Shown here: one piece after another, positions 17,400 to 27,662 of the stretch | Layout: every line of letters begins with the position of its first letter | How positions within the stretch are numbered: the first letter of the stretch is position 1 | NCBI GenBank assembly: GCA_947481115.1 | Contig: CANKEI010000001.1 | Coordinates: forward strand, 1-41,571 | From: a bacterium | GTDB lineage: Bacteria > Babelota > Babeliae > Babelales > JABDEC01 | Reading direction: 5' to 3' | DNA: 41,571 nt | Position numbers and translations under genes: made by a program | Notes under the pieces: generated by a model | Databases searched by the model: none | Told to the model about the DNA's origin: nothing | What the model saw: only the letters and a program-made list of their open reading frames with translations

Positions 17400-18146
17400 T
17401 TAATCTACATCGAGAATGTCAGAGTTTCTAGTCGGCCCGGTTATTAAATCTTCTGCTTTTTTTGCACCTTTCGAAAGCAAAAAATCTTTTGTTTTTTGCT
17501 TTCGAGAAATATAGTCAGCTGCACCGTACTTAGGATCCCTTAACCTTAATAAGTCGCCTTCAACCGTATCTAAAACTGTTTCATTATAGAGGGGAGCTAT
17601 GAGATTAATATTTGCTCCCGCCGCTAATAAAAGATTAATTTTTTCTATTTCCAAGCTTTTACTTCTCGCAGCTAACCTTATGGCTGTTAGACCATAACCG
17701 CTACCTGCTTCGTAACCAAAATTGGCGCCAGCCTTTAATAAAATATCAATAATTTCTAAGTTATTGCCACCTAAGGCTTGGAACAATGGTGTTTCATAAT
17801 CGGGTCCATTTTCTTGAATACTCGCACCTTCTGCAATGGCAGCTCTTACTGCTGCTACATCCTCAGCTTGAATTGCGCTATAAAGTTTACGATTTTTTAA
17901 TTCTTGTTTAGTCGTTTTTAATTCTTGTTCAGTCGAAGGCATAGGTTCTTTAACTAAGTTTAATCTCAGTCTTGTTGATTTCGCCGGCTCAATCAGCACT
18001 TTTGGTTGCCCGGTAGAAAAATCTTTCTCTGTTGTCGAGCCTATTGCAGCGTCAGTTGGCCTAAGTTCATATTCAATGCTATAGCTCAATTTACTATTAA
18101 TTAAAATTATCGATATTGATATTAGTAAAATTTTAGAAAACTTCAT
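17400..18146 (-). CDS. Secreted ankyrin-repeat protein
   Basis: AGGTAGG lies 6 nt upstream of the ATG at 18146. The signal peptide is MKFSKILLISISIILINSKLSYS. Ankyrin-like repeats are present (TPLFQALGGNNLEIIDILLKAGAN; LTAIRLAARSKSLEIEKINLLLAAGANIN). An in-frame 21-bp tandem duplication sits at 17895-17935. Confidence 0.8.
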   Translation of the reverse strand: MKFSKILLISISIILINSKLSYSIEYELRPTDAAIGSTTEKDFSTGQPKVLIEPAKSTRLRLNLVKEPMPSTEQELKTTKQELKNRKLYSAIQAEDVAAVRAAIAEGASIQENGPDYETPLFQALGGNNLEIIDILLKAGANFGYEAGSGYGLTAIRLAARSKSLEIEKINLLLAAGANINLIAPLYNETVLDTVEGDLLRLRDPKYGAADYISRKQKTKDFLLSKGAKKAEDLITGPTRNSDILDVD

Positions 18147-18246
18147 GTTAAACCTACCTTTCTTCAGAGATACGATCTCCAAAATCAAATAAGAATAATC
18201 TGCGATTACAGATTTATCGATTCTTATTGTAATAATAGCTTAACAA

Positions 18247-18264
18247 AGAGAGAGAGAGAGAGAG
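18247..18264. repeat. (AG)9 dinucleotide microsatellite upstream of the ankyrin-repeat gene
   Basis: agagagagagagagagag is read directly at 18247-18264, about 100 nt upstream of the ATG at 18146. Confidence 0.9.
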
Positions 18265-18344
18265 TAAACAGTTTGGGCTATTTTGTGACAAATAACGATT
18301 CAGCCGAGCTTAAGACGCTCAAGCAAGTTTTTTAAACTAAAAAT

Positions 18345-19262
18345 TTATAAAGTATGCTCATCCGGTATTTCCTGAAGCTGCTTAGGGGTAGCAAATATGT
18401 AAAGTGAGAGCCCTAAAGAAACGATCGCCAGTGCTATGAAAAAATTTAGCGACATTAACTGTCCTCTAAAGATCAGTTCCCAAAAGGCTGCAAATAACGG
18501 TGTGAATAAGCCTGCAAAAGCTAAAAGTGTGGCACTATATTTTTGCAATAGCTTAGCGTAAATATTGTAAAAAATAATATTAGAAATCAAAATTAAAATT
18601 CCAGACCAGAGTAATAGCAGCTTAAAATTAGCTAGGTCTAAACTAGGCCAGGTTTCAAAAATGGGGCTCACGGCTAATGCTAAGAGACCACTGAATAGCA
18701 TGCTAGCACCATTGACCAAGATGGGCGAATAAGCCTTTTGGACCAATTTTTGCACTAAAAGCCAAGCGTAGACTGAGCTAATGACAGATATGATTACGGC
18801 TAATTCTGGTAATGAAATTTTAAAGAAACCACCTGCGACTAATTCACCAGGTGTAGTATCTAATAAGATTGGCAAGAAACCTAATATCCCGATTAGCAAA
18901 CCCAATAATTGTCGCCAAACTAATTTTTCGCGCAACATAAAATAGGAGAAGACTGCGGTAAAAACTGGCGTAAAATTAAACAACAGGGCTGTTTTAGGTG
19001 CAGTTAGATATTGTAGTCCCCAAAATTCTGCTACAAACGGTATAAAAGCATGAAAGATGCCGACTTTAAAGAACAATAACCAATCTTGGCGTAAAATTCT
19101 TAGTTGCGCACGTTTAAAAATTAATAAATAACTTAATAGTAGTACGCCTGCGATGGTCATGCGAAAACCAATAAACCAGATCGGGGCGACTAGTTTTAAA
19201 CCCTGTTGGCCAACTAAAAAAGTTAATGCTAATAAAGCGTGAATCAAGAATACTAAAATCAT
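18345..19262 (-). CDS. EamA/DMT-family transporter (10-TM type), paralogue 1
   Basis: 305 aa with a two-fold EamA-like hydrophobic repeat. Clearly similar to the neighbour (shared AEFWGLQYL, ALLFNF, FMLRE, SSVYAWL, YSAT motifs). Confidence 0.85.
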   Translation of the reverse strand: MILVFLIHALLALTFLVGQQGLKLVAPIWFIGFRMTIAGVLLLSYLLIFKRAQLRILRQDWLLFFKVGIFHAFIPFVAEFWGLQYLTAPKTALLFNFTPVFTAVFSYFMLREKLVWRQLLGLLIGILGFLPILLDTTPGELVAGGFFKISLPELAVIISVISSVYAWLLVQKLVQKAYSPILVNGASMLFSGLLALAVSPIFETWPSLDLANFKLLLLWSGILILISNIIFYNIYAKLLQKYSATLLAFAGLFTPLFAAFWELIFRGQLMSLNFFIALAIVSLGLSLYIFATPKQLQEIPDEHTL

Positions 19263-19315
19263 AAAATAAATTTCACCTAAACAAAAATCATTCTATCAGT
19301 CCAACCCACTTTGCT

Positions 19316-20245
19316 CTAGCCAGCACTTTCTGTAATTAGCGCTGTTAAACGTGCTAAGCGTTTAGATTCGCCTAAATAAAATAAAATTAAACCTGTGGAA
19401 ATTATTACTAGGGAGCAATAAAAATTAAGCGACATGGTTTTACCTAAAAAGAGCCACTCCCAAAGTGCCGCGAAAACTGGGATAGTTAAACCCGTAATAG
19501 ATAAGAAAGTGGCGCTATAACGTTTAAGCAACCAAGCATACATGTTATAGCAAAAAACATTTGAAATTAAAATTAAGAGTCCTACCCAAAGACTTAACTT
19601 GCCAATTTCAGGTAAATTTAAGCTGGGATAAGTTTCAAATAATGGCACTGTAATTAAAGCTAATAGACCGCCACCCAGCATACCCATACCGTTAATAAAA
19701 ATGGGCGAATAGTTTTTGGTGCCCAATTTTTGAATCGTAAGCCAGGCATAAACTGAGCTAGTAGCGGAAACTAAAATCGCTATTTCGGGCAATGAAATTG
19801 AAAATAGTTCACCGGCGATCTTTTCAGCAGGCACATGTTCAAAAATAATTAAAAGAAAACCCGCAAAACTGATTATTAAACCCAAAATTTGTTGCCAAAT
19901 TAAGCGTTCGCGCAACATGAAATATGATAAAATAGCGGTAATGAACGGCCCAAAATTAAATAAGAGTGCTACTTTAGGTCCAGAAATATACTGTAAGCCC
20001 CAAAATTCTGCGATAAATGCTAAGTAAATATGAAAAAAACTGATTTTGGCAAAAGTTAATAGATCTGTGCGCTTGAGATTAAACTGCTTGCGACTAAATA
20101 AGGCTAGCGTACCCAATAATAAAAGACCGGCACCGGTCATCCGAAAACCAATTAAAAAAACTGGGCTCACGATTGCAAGCGCTTTTTGTGCGATTACAAA
20201 AGTAGTGCTTAAAAGTGCTTTAACTAAAAAAGCTAAAATATACAT
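19316..20245 (-). CDS. EamA/DMT-family transporter, paralogue 2
   Basis: 309 aa. About half its residues match 18345..19262 by eye, in the same orientation with a 53-bp gap. Confidence 0.85.
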   Translation of the reverse strand: MYILAFLVKALLSTTFVIAQKALAIVSPVFLIGFRMTGAGLLLLGTLALFSRKQFNLKRTDLLTFAKISFFHIYLAFIAEFWGLQYISGPKVALLFNFGPFITAILSYFMLRERLIWQQILGLIISFAGFLLIIFEHVPAEKIAGELFSISLPEIAILVSATSSVYAWLTIQKLGTKNYSPIFINGMGMLGGGLLALITVPLFETYPSLNLPEIGKLSLWVGLLILISNVFCYNMYAWLLKRYSATFLSITGLTIPVFAALWEWLFLGKTMSLNFYCSLVIISTGLILFYLGESKRLARLTALITESAG

Positions 20246-20304
20246 AATAATACCAAAACTTCTTTCGCTTTAACCCAAGTATGCTTTTTGTACGTTCGTA
20301 TTAG

Positions 20305-21168
20305 TTAAGCTTTAACGTCGTGATCGAGTATACTGAAATTTTCGATTTTGTCTGCTAAACCAGTACCTGTATCAATTGTAATACAGACACCAGATAAGAT
20401 AGCCGGCGGCAAAATATCGACCACAAATTTATTGGGCATCTGAGTTAGAAAGGTACTTAAAACGGCATCTTTTTGCATGCCAATCATGGAGTTATACGCA
20501 CCGGTAAAACCTAAATCTGTTATAAAAGCAGTACCCTTGGGTAAAATTCTGGCGTCTGCGGTCGGCACATGCGTGTGTGTCCCAACTACCGCACTAACGC
20601 GACCATCTAGGTAAAATCCTAGGCCAATTTTTTCGGCAGTTGTTTCGGCATGCATATCAACTAAAATAATTTTAGTTTTGGAGCGCATATAGCTAAGAGC
20701 TGTGTCGGCTGATCTAAATGGACAATCTAAGCTTTCCTTCATGAAAATTCGACCCTGTAAATTTAATACGCCAACAGTAATGGCTGGAGTAGCCGGGCTA
20801 TTATTTTTAGTTGATACTTGAATGTCAAAAAAAGTTAACCCCGAACCTGGTGCACTATTCGGAAAATTAGCGGGCCTCAATACCGAAACACGATCGCCAG
20901 ACTGTGAACTTAAAAGCGCTACGATCTCTTTTTTAGCCCAAATATGATTACCGGTAGTAATTACATTAACGCCACATGCTACAAAAAAATCGACCAACTT
21001 AGGAGTAATCCCACGACCGTTTTCAGCAGAATTTTCACCATTAACAATCACTGCATCGGCTTGATATTTAGCTTTTAAATTCGGTAAACTTTTTTGGAGC
21101 ATGGCGCAGCCCAACGGGCCGGCCACGTCACCAATCATCAACACTTTAATTTTAGCGGGCATATTCAA
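20305..21168 (-). CDS. ymdB: YmdB-like metallophosphoesterase (2',3'-cyclic-nucleotide phosphodiesterase family)
   Basis: KVLMIGDVAG, NGEN, GNHIW and DMHAETT/GTHTHV motifs. Overlaps the rny stop, in the conserved rny-ymdB arrangement. Confidence 0.85.
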   Translation of the reverse strand: MNMPAKIKVLMIGDVAGPLGCAMLQKSLPNLKAKYQADAVIVNGENSAENGRGITPKLVDFFVACGVNVITTGNHIWAKKEIVALLSSQSGDRVSVLRPANFPNSAPGSGLTFFDIQVSTKNNSPATPAITVGVLNLQGRIFMKESLDCPFRSADTALSYMRSKTKIILVDMHAETTAEKIGLGFYLDGRVSAVVGTHTHVPTADARILPKGTAFITDLGFTGAYNSMIGMQKDAVLSTFLTQMPNKFVVDILPPAILSGVCITIDTGTGLADKIENFSILDHDVKA

Positions 21169-22714
21169 TTGCTCGTTTCTCTCTGATCACACTAACTTTA
21201 ATTTGACCAGGAAAGTTCATTTCCGTTTCGATACGCTTAGCGATTTCACGCGCCAAAAGTACTGATCTGTCATCATCTAAAGAATCTTCTTCGACAATTA
21301 TTCTTAATTCACGACCAGCTTGCAAGGCATAAACTTTTTTAACGCCTTCGAAAGATTCGCCAATCTCTTCTAACTGTTCTAAGCGTTTAACATAGGCAGA
21401 ATAGGTTTCGCGACGAGCACCTGGACGTGAAGCCGAAATAGTATCTGCAATGACTACGATGGGACCATAAACGGAACTGTACGGAACCTCTTCATGGTGC
21501 GCGGCGATGGCATTTACAACTCGAGGGTCTTCGCCACATTCTTTGGCGATATCAGCACCAATTTTAGCGTGCGGACCTTCGACTTCAGCGGTCACTGCTT
21601 TACCGATGTCATGTAATAAACCGGCTCGTAAAGCGATTTGTGGATCAAGACCTAACTCTTCAGCAATCATGCGCGCAAAAATAGCAACTTCTTTGGAGTG
21701 GGTCAAAACATTTTGTGAGTAAGAAGTTCTAAATTGTAATTTTCCCAATAAAGTGACTATCTCTGGTGCTACGCGCTGTAAATTAAATTCTAAGACTGTT
21801 TGGCGACCATATTCTTGAATCGATTCTTCAATCTCTTTCTCGCATTGCTCTACAGTCTCTTCGATTTTAGACGGGTTAATCCGACCATCATTAATTAATT
21901 TATGGATCGCCCGTAAAGCAACTTCGCGTCTAATGGGATTGAAACCAGATATGGTAATAATTTCAGGCTGATCACCAATCACAATTTCCATGCCAGTAGC
22001 CATCTCTAGCGCTTTAATATTGCGACCTTCTTTACCGATGATCCGGCCCTTCATTTCATCATTGGGTAAATGAATTGTGCCTGAAGAATGCGGACTAACT
22101 TGATCAGCAACATAACGCTGCATCGCTGTCACAACTGTTTGAATGGCCTTGTCTTTAGCTGTATGCTTCGCTTCTTCGTCGACTTTTTGGACCCATTTTT
22201 CAGAACTAAGTTTGACTTCAGCTTCTAGTGTTTCGTAAAGATGCCGCTTAGCTTCTTCACGACTCATGCCGCTGACATTTTCAAGTTTGGCTGAGAGTGT
22301 ATCGTAAAGCGTTTTAAGTTTGATTTCATTGGCACGTGCTGCATCACTTAAACGTGAAAGATCCCGCTCTTTATGCTGTAATTCATAACGTAACTCATCG
22401 AGACCTAGTTCACGTTTTTCTAATTCTTCATACTTGCCATTAATTTTATCTTGCAGGCGCTGCACGTCCATGCGATCACGCTTAAGTTCGAATTCAAACT
22501 CTTTACGACGCTTGTACAATTCGTCTTTAAGTTTAAACGCAGCTTCACGACGCTCTGTTTCAGCTCTTTGTTTAATTAATTCGATTTCAGCAGTGGCTTT
22601 TTCGGCCAAAATACTAGCTTTAGCTTCACGCTGCTTAACATAAAAGAGCATTGCGGCCGCTAGAGCTATGCCAAAAAAACTAATTAGACCCAGTATACTA
22701 CTTAACTCTATCAC
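21152..22714 (-). CDS. rny: Ribonuclease Y
   Basis: 520 aa. N-terminal TM helix, coiled coil, KH domain (GRIIGKEGRNI) and HD domain (LLHDIGKA). Confidence 0.93.
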   Translation of the reverse strand: MIELSSILGLISFFGIALAAAMLFYVKQREAKASILAEKATAEIELIKQRAETERREAAFKLKDELYKRRKEFEFELKRDRMDVQRLQDKINGKYEELEKRELGLDELRYELQHKERDLSRLSDAARANEIKLKTLYDTLSAKLENVSGMSREEAKRHLYETLEAEVKLSSEKWVQKVDEEAKHTAKDKAIQTVVTAMQRYVADQVSPHSSGTIHLPNDEMKGRIIGKEGRNIKALEMATGMEIVIGDQPEIITISGFNPIRREVALRAIHKLINDGRINPSKIEETVEQCEKEIEESIQEYGRQTVLEFNLQRVAPEIVTLLGKLQFRTSYSQNVLTHSKEVAIFARMIAEELGLDPQIALRAGLLHDIGKAVTAEVEGPHAKIGADIAKECGEDPRVVNAIAAHHEEVPYSSVYGPIVVIADTISASRPGARRETYSAYVKRLEQLEEIGESFEGVKKVYALQAGRELRIIVEEDSLDDDRSVLLAREIAKRIETEMNFPGQIKVSVIREKRAIEYAR

Positions 22715-22760
22715 CTGTGCACCTATTTCCGCTCAAAATTTTAAAAGCCATAAAAGAGCT

Positions 22761-23030
22761 TTAAATGGTTTCTAGCTGCGTAATCATTTTCTGGACCGCT
22801 TGTTGCGTCTGATCGAGTTCTTCTTTTAAGCTTTGTACTTCTAAAGATAACTTGAGCGCTGCTAAAATAGCCGCTTTTTTAAGCGAAGTCGAAACAGTAC
22901 TATTGCTAATATCGTGCATTAAGGCATCGACACATGCGACAGAGTTCTCAACTTTAACTGGCGATTCGGCGCTAACTACGACATAAGTTTCGCCACCAAT
23001 TTGCACTGTATATTTTTTGCCGCTCAGCAT
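22761..23030 (-). CDS. zapA: Cell division protein ZapA
   Basis: 89 aa. N-terminal VQIGGETYVV beta segment followed by a helical tail, matching ZapA size and pattern. Confidence 0.7.
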   Translation of the reverse strand: MLSGKKYTVQIGGETYVVVSAESPVKVENSVACVDALMHDISNSTVSTSLKKAAILAALKLSLEVQSLKEELDQTQQAVQKMITQLETI

Positions 23031-23032
23031 GT

Positions 23033-23275
23033 TTAATTCAACTTATGATCAACGAGAGAATCGATACTCTCAATTAAACCGTCGACCACCATCTTAGTCA
23101 GTTCTTTTTCTTGACTAACATCTGACTTATCTTTAAGAATCAAAGTTTCTAAAGCATCTAATTGCTCGCGCAATTGTAGATTTTCTTCTAGCAAACGATT
23201 GTTTTCGGTCTTCAAAGTACCAACATGTGATACCAGAGCACGCACTTTATCTTCTAGAATTGTCAAAATATCCAT
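23033..23275 (-). CDS. ZapB-like coiled-coil protein
   Basis: 80 aa. LEDKVRALVSHVGTLKTENNRLLEENLQL resembles the ZapB/DUF904 N-terminus. It lies 2 nt upstream of zapA. Confidence 0.5.
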   Translation of the reverse strand: MDILTILEDKVRALVSHVGTLKTENNRLLEENLQLREQLDALETLILKDKSDVSQEKELTKMVVDGLIESIDSLVDHKLN

Positions 23276-23368
23276 GGCAAACTCCCCTTTTAAGTTTTGA
23301 ATAAAATCAGCAAAATTAATTTACGATTTATATTCTACTACCATGAATTTTTAGAGGTCAAGCAAACT

Positions 23369-23716
23369 TTATTTGTTAGCTAAAGAGACCAACTTATCGA
23401 AGGCTTTCGGCTCGTAAATTGCTAATTGACTTAACATTTTACGATTCAATTGCACTTGTGCATTCTTTAAACCAAAAATAAAGCGATTGTAGGGAGTATT
23501 ACGCAACTTGGTTGCTGAAGAGATACGAGCGATAAACAGGCCGCGCATATCACGTTTTTTTAATTTACGACCCTTAAAAGCAAACGCCATGGCGCGCAAT
23601 AAAGTTTCTTTGGCACGTTTAATTACGTTTTTGCGTTGACCCCAGAAGCCTTTAGTTTGCTTTAATAATCTTTTATGTCTTTTATGGGATGCAACCCCAC
23701 GTTTAACTCTACTCAT
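23369..23716 (-). CDS. rplT: 50S ribosomal protein L20
   Basis: 115 aa. The MSRVKRGVASHKRHKRLLKQTKGFWG start is canonical L20. Confidence 0.96.
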   Translation of the reverse strand: MSRVKRGVASHKRHKRLLKQTKGFWGQRKNVIKRAKETLLRAMAFAFKGRKLKKRDMRGLFIARISSATKLRNTPYNRFIFGLKNAQVQLNRKMLSQLAIYEPKAFDKLVSLANK

Positions 23717-23773
23717 GAATCTTTAACCTACTAAATTTTAAAATTATTCAATTAACACTATTTAAACGAAAAT

Positions 23774-23977
23774 TTACTTAAAACCATAAGGCAATAAGCG
23801 CATCACGCCAGGATGATCAGCGGCACAAATGTAGCCAGTTTGACGCATATGGCGTTTTAGTTTACGATTTTTCTTGGTCAACAAGTGACGTCGATAAGCT
23901 TTACCAATTTTAATTTTACCAGTACCGGTAATTTTAAAACGTTTTTTAGCTGATGACTTAGTTTTCATTTTTGGCAT
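23774..23977 (-). CDS. rpmI: 50S ribosomal protein L35
   Basis: 67 aa. MPKMKTKSSAKKRFKITGTGKIK is canonical L35. Confidence 0.96.
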   Translation of the reverse strand: MPKMKTKSSAKKRFKITGTGKIKIGKAYRRHLLTKKNRKLKRHMRQTGYICAADHPGVMRLLPYGFK

Positions 23978-23989
23978 AATACAAAATCC

Positions 23990-24532
23990 CTATTTCAAGT
24001 AATAAACACGTGACCAAAATTGCCCTGGAGAAGAATCTTTTTCCATCATTAAAGCAGCATGTGGAATATTAGGATTTTCTTTAAGCATTTGATCTATCTT
24101 GTTAAACATTTGCGTACCAAGCTCATTACGGCTGGAGTTTTCTCGCCCCCGAAACTGCACGGTAATCTTTAAGCGCATGCCACTTTTTAAAAAGCCTACA
24201 CCTTGATTAAGTTTAGTTAAAAAGTCGTGATCGCTAATTTTTGGACGCAATTTAAGCTCTTTAACTTTCACGACCTTTTGCTTTTTCTTACCCTCTGACA
24301 TCTTTTTTTTCTTGGCATAAATCACTTTGCCAAAATCCATCAGCTTAGCAACTGGTACTCCATCAGCACCATCGTTTGCAATTAGGACTAAATCCATCCC
24401 AGCATCATGTGCCAATTGCAAAGCGCGTTCTTTAGTTACAACCCCGATATTATCACCCGAATCGGTGATTAATTGTAACTGCGTAGCCAAAATACGCTCA
24501 TTGATTTGCGGCAAATTAACTTTATTTTTCAA
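23990..24532 (-). CDS. infC: Translation initiation factor IF-3, with a probable TTG start
   Basis: IF-3 N- and C-domain sequence (INERI…, KVKELKLRPKISDHDF…). AGGGGA lies 9 nt upstream of the TTG at 24532, giving a typical 180-aa product. The GTG-extended ORF reaching 24604 only adds an implausible hydrophobic leader. Confidence 0.88.
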   Translation of the reverse strand: MKNKVNLPQINERILATQLQLITDSGDNIGVVTKERALQLAHDAGMDLVLIANDGADGVPVAKLMDFGKVIYAKKKKMSEGKKKQKVVKVKELKLRPKISDHDFLTKLNQGVGFLKSGMRLKITVQFRGRENSSRNELGTQMFNKIDQMLKENPNIPHAALMMEKDSSPGQFWSRVYYLK

Positions 24533-24632
24533 ACCGAAGTTTCCCCTGAAACATTTTATAAAACAGTAAAATATAAATAATAAGATTAAAAAAGTTTTTA
24601 CCACACAGCTATAATTTAGCTATGTGGCCAAC

Positions 24633-25634
24633 TCATGGTACCATAATTTCACGCACACGCGCATTTAGCTGGGTAGCCAGTTCAACATTTTCTTTGAGAA
24701 ACTTGATGCCCTGCTCACGACCTTGTGCAATATGCTTACCTTCGAGTGACAACCAAGCGCCAGACTTAGTAATTATGCCATGTTCGAGTGCCGCATCTAA
24801 GATGGCCGCTTCGTGCGAAATGCCTTCACCAAAAAATAAGTCCAGCTCGACGCGTTTAAACGGCGGCGCCATTTTATTTTTAGCTACTTTCACAGCTATC
24901 CTATTGCCAATTACATCGTCACCTTTTTTAAGTGATGCGATGCGACGAATATCTAAACGCAATGAAGCATAAAATTTTAGAGCGTTTCCGCCAGTAGTAG
25001 TCTCTGGGTTACCAAATGAAACAGTGCCAATTTTTTGTCTAATTTGATTAATAAAAATCAAAGCAGTTTTGGATTTATGCACAATTGGCGTTAATTTACG
25101 TAAAGCTTGTGACATCAGGCGGGCCTGTAAGCCCATATGCGAGTCGCCCATTTCGCCCTCTAGCTCCGCTTTAGGAACTAAGGCAGCCACTGAATCAACT
25201 ACGATCATATCTACCGCACCAGAACGAACTAACGTTTCAACGATATCTAAGGCTTGTTCGCCATAATCGGGCTGTGAAATAATTAACTCGTCGATATTAA
25301 TGCCTAAGTTTTGGGCATGTTTAGGGTCCAGAGCATGCTCAGCGTCAATAAACGCACAAATGCCACCGGCCTTCTGAGCATTTGCAATACCATGCAGCGC
25401 CAAAGTGGTTTTACCCGTAGCTTCTGGTCCGTAGATCTCGGTGACTCTACCTCTAGGGAAGCCCATTACGCCAATGGCATAATCGATTAATAGTGAACCA
25501 GTTGAGATCACCTCAATCTGTTGATTTGGAGTTTCACCAAAGAGCATTACTGCTCCTTTGCCATGCGCTTTTTCGATTTGCGAGAAAGCAGCATCTAAGG
25601 CTTGTCGCTTGGAGTTAAGAATGTCTTTGCTCAT
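24633..25634 (-). CDS. recA: Recombinase RecA
   Basis: 333 aa. Walker [19 protein letters not shown], and L1/L2 loop regions are canonical. Confidence 0.97.
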   Translation of the reverse strand: MSKDILNSKRQALDAAFSQIEKAHGKGAVMLFGETPNQQIEVISTGSLLIDYAIGVMGFPRGRVTEIYGPEATGKTTLALHGIANAQKAGGICAFIDAEHALDPKHAQNLGINIDELIISQPDYGEQALDIVETLVRSGAVDMIVVDSVAALVPKAELEGEMGDSHMGLQARLMSQALRKLTPIVHKSKTALIFINQIRQKIGTVSFGNPETTTGGNALKFYASLRLDIRRIASLKKGDDVIGNRIAVKVAKNKMAPPFKRVELDLFFGEGISHEAAILDAALEHGIITKSGAWLSLEGKHIAQGREQGIKFLKENVELATQLNARVREIMVP

Positions 25635-27583
25635 TTGGTTGCTTTCAGTAAAGTTTTATTTGTTTCTATTCTAGCATTTTTGCCCAAAGACGCAATAAAA
25701 CCCTGCTGCCATTGGTAACTTCTTTGATTTTTTAGGGTTTTAGCAATGGCGGCTTTCTTTTCTGCCATTTCAGCGTTGGCCGCCGGTAGCGCTAGGTCAA
25801 CCAGTCTAATCACATAACCTGAGCGATCCGCCCGGCTAATGCCAGCTTCGCCAATCAAAAACTCGTCACCCTTGGTAACATAAGTGGTTACGGCATAAAC
25901 CTTAGCTAAATCCCATAAAACATCTAGGGGGATTCTTTTAGCGCGCAATTGAGCGTCTTCGTGAGCCTGTGAGCGAGTCAATTCTTTGGTAGTATATAAA
26001 GCACCATCAAATTGCTGGGCTAAGCTCTCGAAATCAACTTTTTTACCAGCATAAGCTTGCTTTACCTGGTTTAACTTGGCTTGCATAGCTTTGGCTACTA
26101 ATTCATCTTGGTAATCTTGTAAAACCGTAGCTCTAATTTCGTCCAACTTTTTGACATGCGCCTTATTAATACTGGTGAGCCCTTCGACCACCAATTTATC
26201 ACCCTCAAAGCTATAAGTTAGTTTGCCTGTCGCCTTAATCGCAAAGAGCGCCCGCACGGCTGGATTTTGGTCGTTAGTCGTGCCCACTAAGTTTTTACCT
26301 GGAATATTTTTCTTGTCCGCAAAAGCTTTAAATTGCTGTGTCCCAGTAGCTGAACTCGCCATCCGACGCAGAGTGACTTCAGCGATCTTGCGGAATTTTT
26401 GTGCGCTTAATTCTTTAGTAATTTGCGGCCGGAGCGATTCTAAACCTTTAAATGTCGCTGGAGTACGCGCAATTCTTTGAATGATTTCAATTCCGCCTGG
26501 TAATTCAATCGCTGGCGAAATCTCACCATCGGCCTTTAAGGCAAAGGCCGCTTTTTCTACCCCAATGGCTGTGTTTGTACTTTGTTTAATTAGTACTTCC
26601 TTTGCTTGGTGATTGGCAAAACTGTCTTGACCACTCACTAGCTTGTTACGCAACTCTTTGGCTTGCGTATAAAGTGCATAAATATCTTGGTCGGCTTTTT
26701 TCGGAATTAAGATACGACGAATTTTAATTTCCGCTGGTTTTTCTTGGTATAAAGCTTTTTTATTTTTGTGATAAAAATGCGACACATCTTGTTCTGATAT
26801 TTTAATCGCAAAATCTTTCTGGGTTAATTCCCACAGTTGTCCGGCGCGGGTCTCTTCAGTCCAATAGCGTTTTTTGAGATCATTTTGTTGCTTAAAATAA
26901 CCGGCCAGCTCATGATCGCTGATTTTTTGAGAGTTAATTTTGGCAATAATTTCTTTGGCTGGAAAAGTAATTACGGCGAACTTTTTTTGCCCGTGACGAT
27001 TGCCATAATCTTGGTCGATTTCAAATTGACCTACCACTGCCGCCGCTGAAACTAGATCCAGCACTAGCGTAGCTTGCAATTCTTTAGCGACCAGTTTTTC
27101 TAGTTCTGAAACTGACTGATTGTAAGTTTGCTGGACAGCTTGCTTGTCAATCTTACCGCTTGCTTGATCAATTAAAGCTGCTGGCAATTTACGACTTAGT
27201 TCTTTGCGAGCCATTGCTGACGCAACTATCAATTTTAATTTTTCACCAGCTTGGCCAACTAACGCACTCAAAATAAAATTATTAACGACGTTTTGGGCTG
27301 GATCTAACGAAAAACCAGTTTGTGAAGCTAGCATCATTTGCATCACTTGATCACCATACTGTTGCTGCATATAAGCTAATTTTTCTTTTTCAGTTTGTAT
27401 GCCATGTTCGAATTCCACGTAGCATAACGTTGTACCATTAACTCTAATCGCATAATCACCATGTTTTTTAAATAATTTTAAAAAATCCGACATAAAAACA
27501 ACGCCACTCATGGATAAAATTGCTAGCCATATAAAAGCATTTAGCCAACGCGTGCCCATTTTTTCTCTGATAAATGAAATCAT
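25631..27583 (-). CDS. PpiD-like periplasmic chaperone (membrane-anchored, SurA-N-like plus degenerate parvulin domain)
   Basis: 650 aa. N-terminal TM helix ([19 protein letters not shown]) with PpiD-like length and layout. Its stop overlaps the recA start by 4 nt. Confidence 0.6.
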   Translation of the reverse strand: MISFIREKMGTRWLNAFIWLAILSMSGVVFMSDFLKLFKKHGDYAIRVNGTTLCYVEFEHGIQTEKEKLAYMQQQYGDQVMQMMLASQTGFSLDPAQNVVNNFILSALVGQAGEKLKLIVASAMARKELSRKLPAALIDQASGKIDKQAVQQTYNQSVSELEKLVAKELQATLVLDLVSAAAVVGQFEIDQDYGNRHGQKKFAVITFPAKEIIAKINSQKISDHELAGYFKQQNDLKKRYWTEETRAGQLWELTQKDFAIKISEQDVSHFYHKNKKALYQEKPAEIKIRRILIPKKADQDIYALYTQAKELRNKLVSGQDSFANHQAKEVLIKQSTNTAIGVEKAAFALKADGEISPAIELPGGIEIIQRIARTPATFKGLESLRPQITKELSAQKFRKIAEVTLRRMASSATGTQQFKAFADKKNIPGKNLVGTTNDQNPAVRALFAIKATGKLTYSFEGDKLVVEGLTSINKAHVKKLDEIRATVLQDYQDELVAKAMQAKLNQVKQAYAGKKVDFESLAQQFDGALYTTKELTRSQAHEDAQLRAKRIPLDVLWDLAKVYAVTTYVTKGDEFLIGEAGISRADRSGYVIRLVDLALPAANAEMAEKKAAIAKTLKNQRSYQWQQGFIASLGKNARIETNKTLLKATK

Positions 27584-27662
27584 TGTGATCCAATCGATAG
27601 TTTGCTTAAGTTACAACTCAGGCTTGTTTATGATTTATTAATTAGCTTTATTTTTAATTATT

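Noticed and set aside
18296-18330. A hairpin-like gcttaag-acg-ctcaagc after the EamA gene, considered as a terminator.
   Set aside because: The stem is mismatched and no T-run follows on the minus strand, so it is not convincing.
24533-24604. The N-terminal extension of infC from the GTG at 24604.
   Set aside because: It adds a hydrophobic 24-aa leader that is incompatible with cytosolic IF-3. An internal TTG with an SD gives the canonical length.
24622-24972. A 116-aa plus-strand ORF opposite recA.
   Set aside because: It lies entirely inside the highly conserved recA coding sequence, and its Ser/Ala/Cys-rich sequence looks artefactual.
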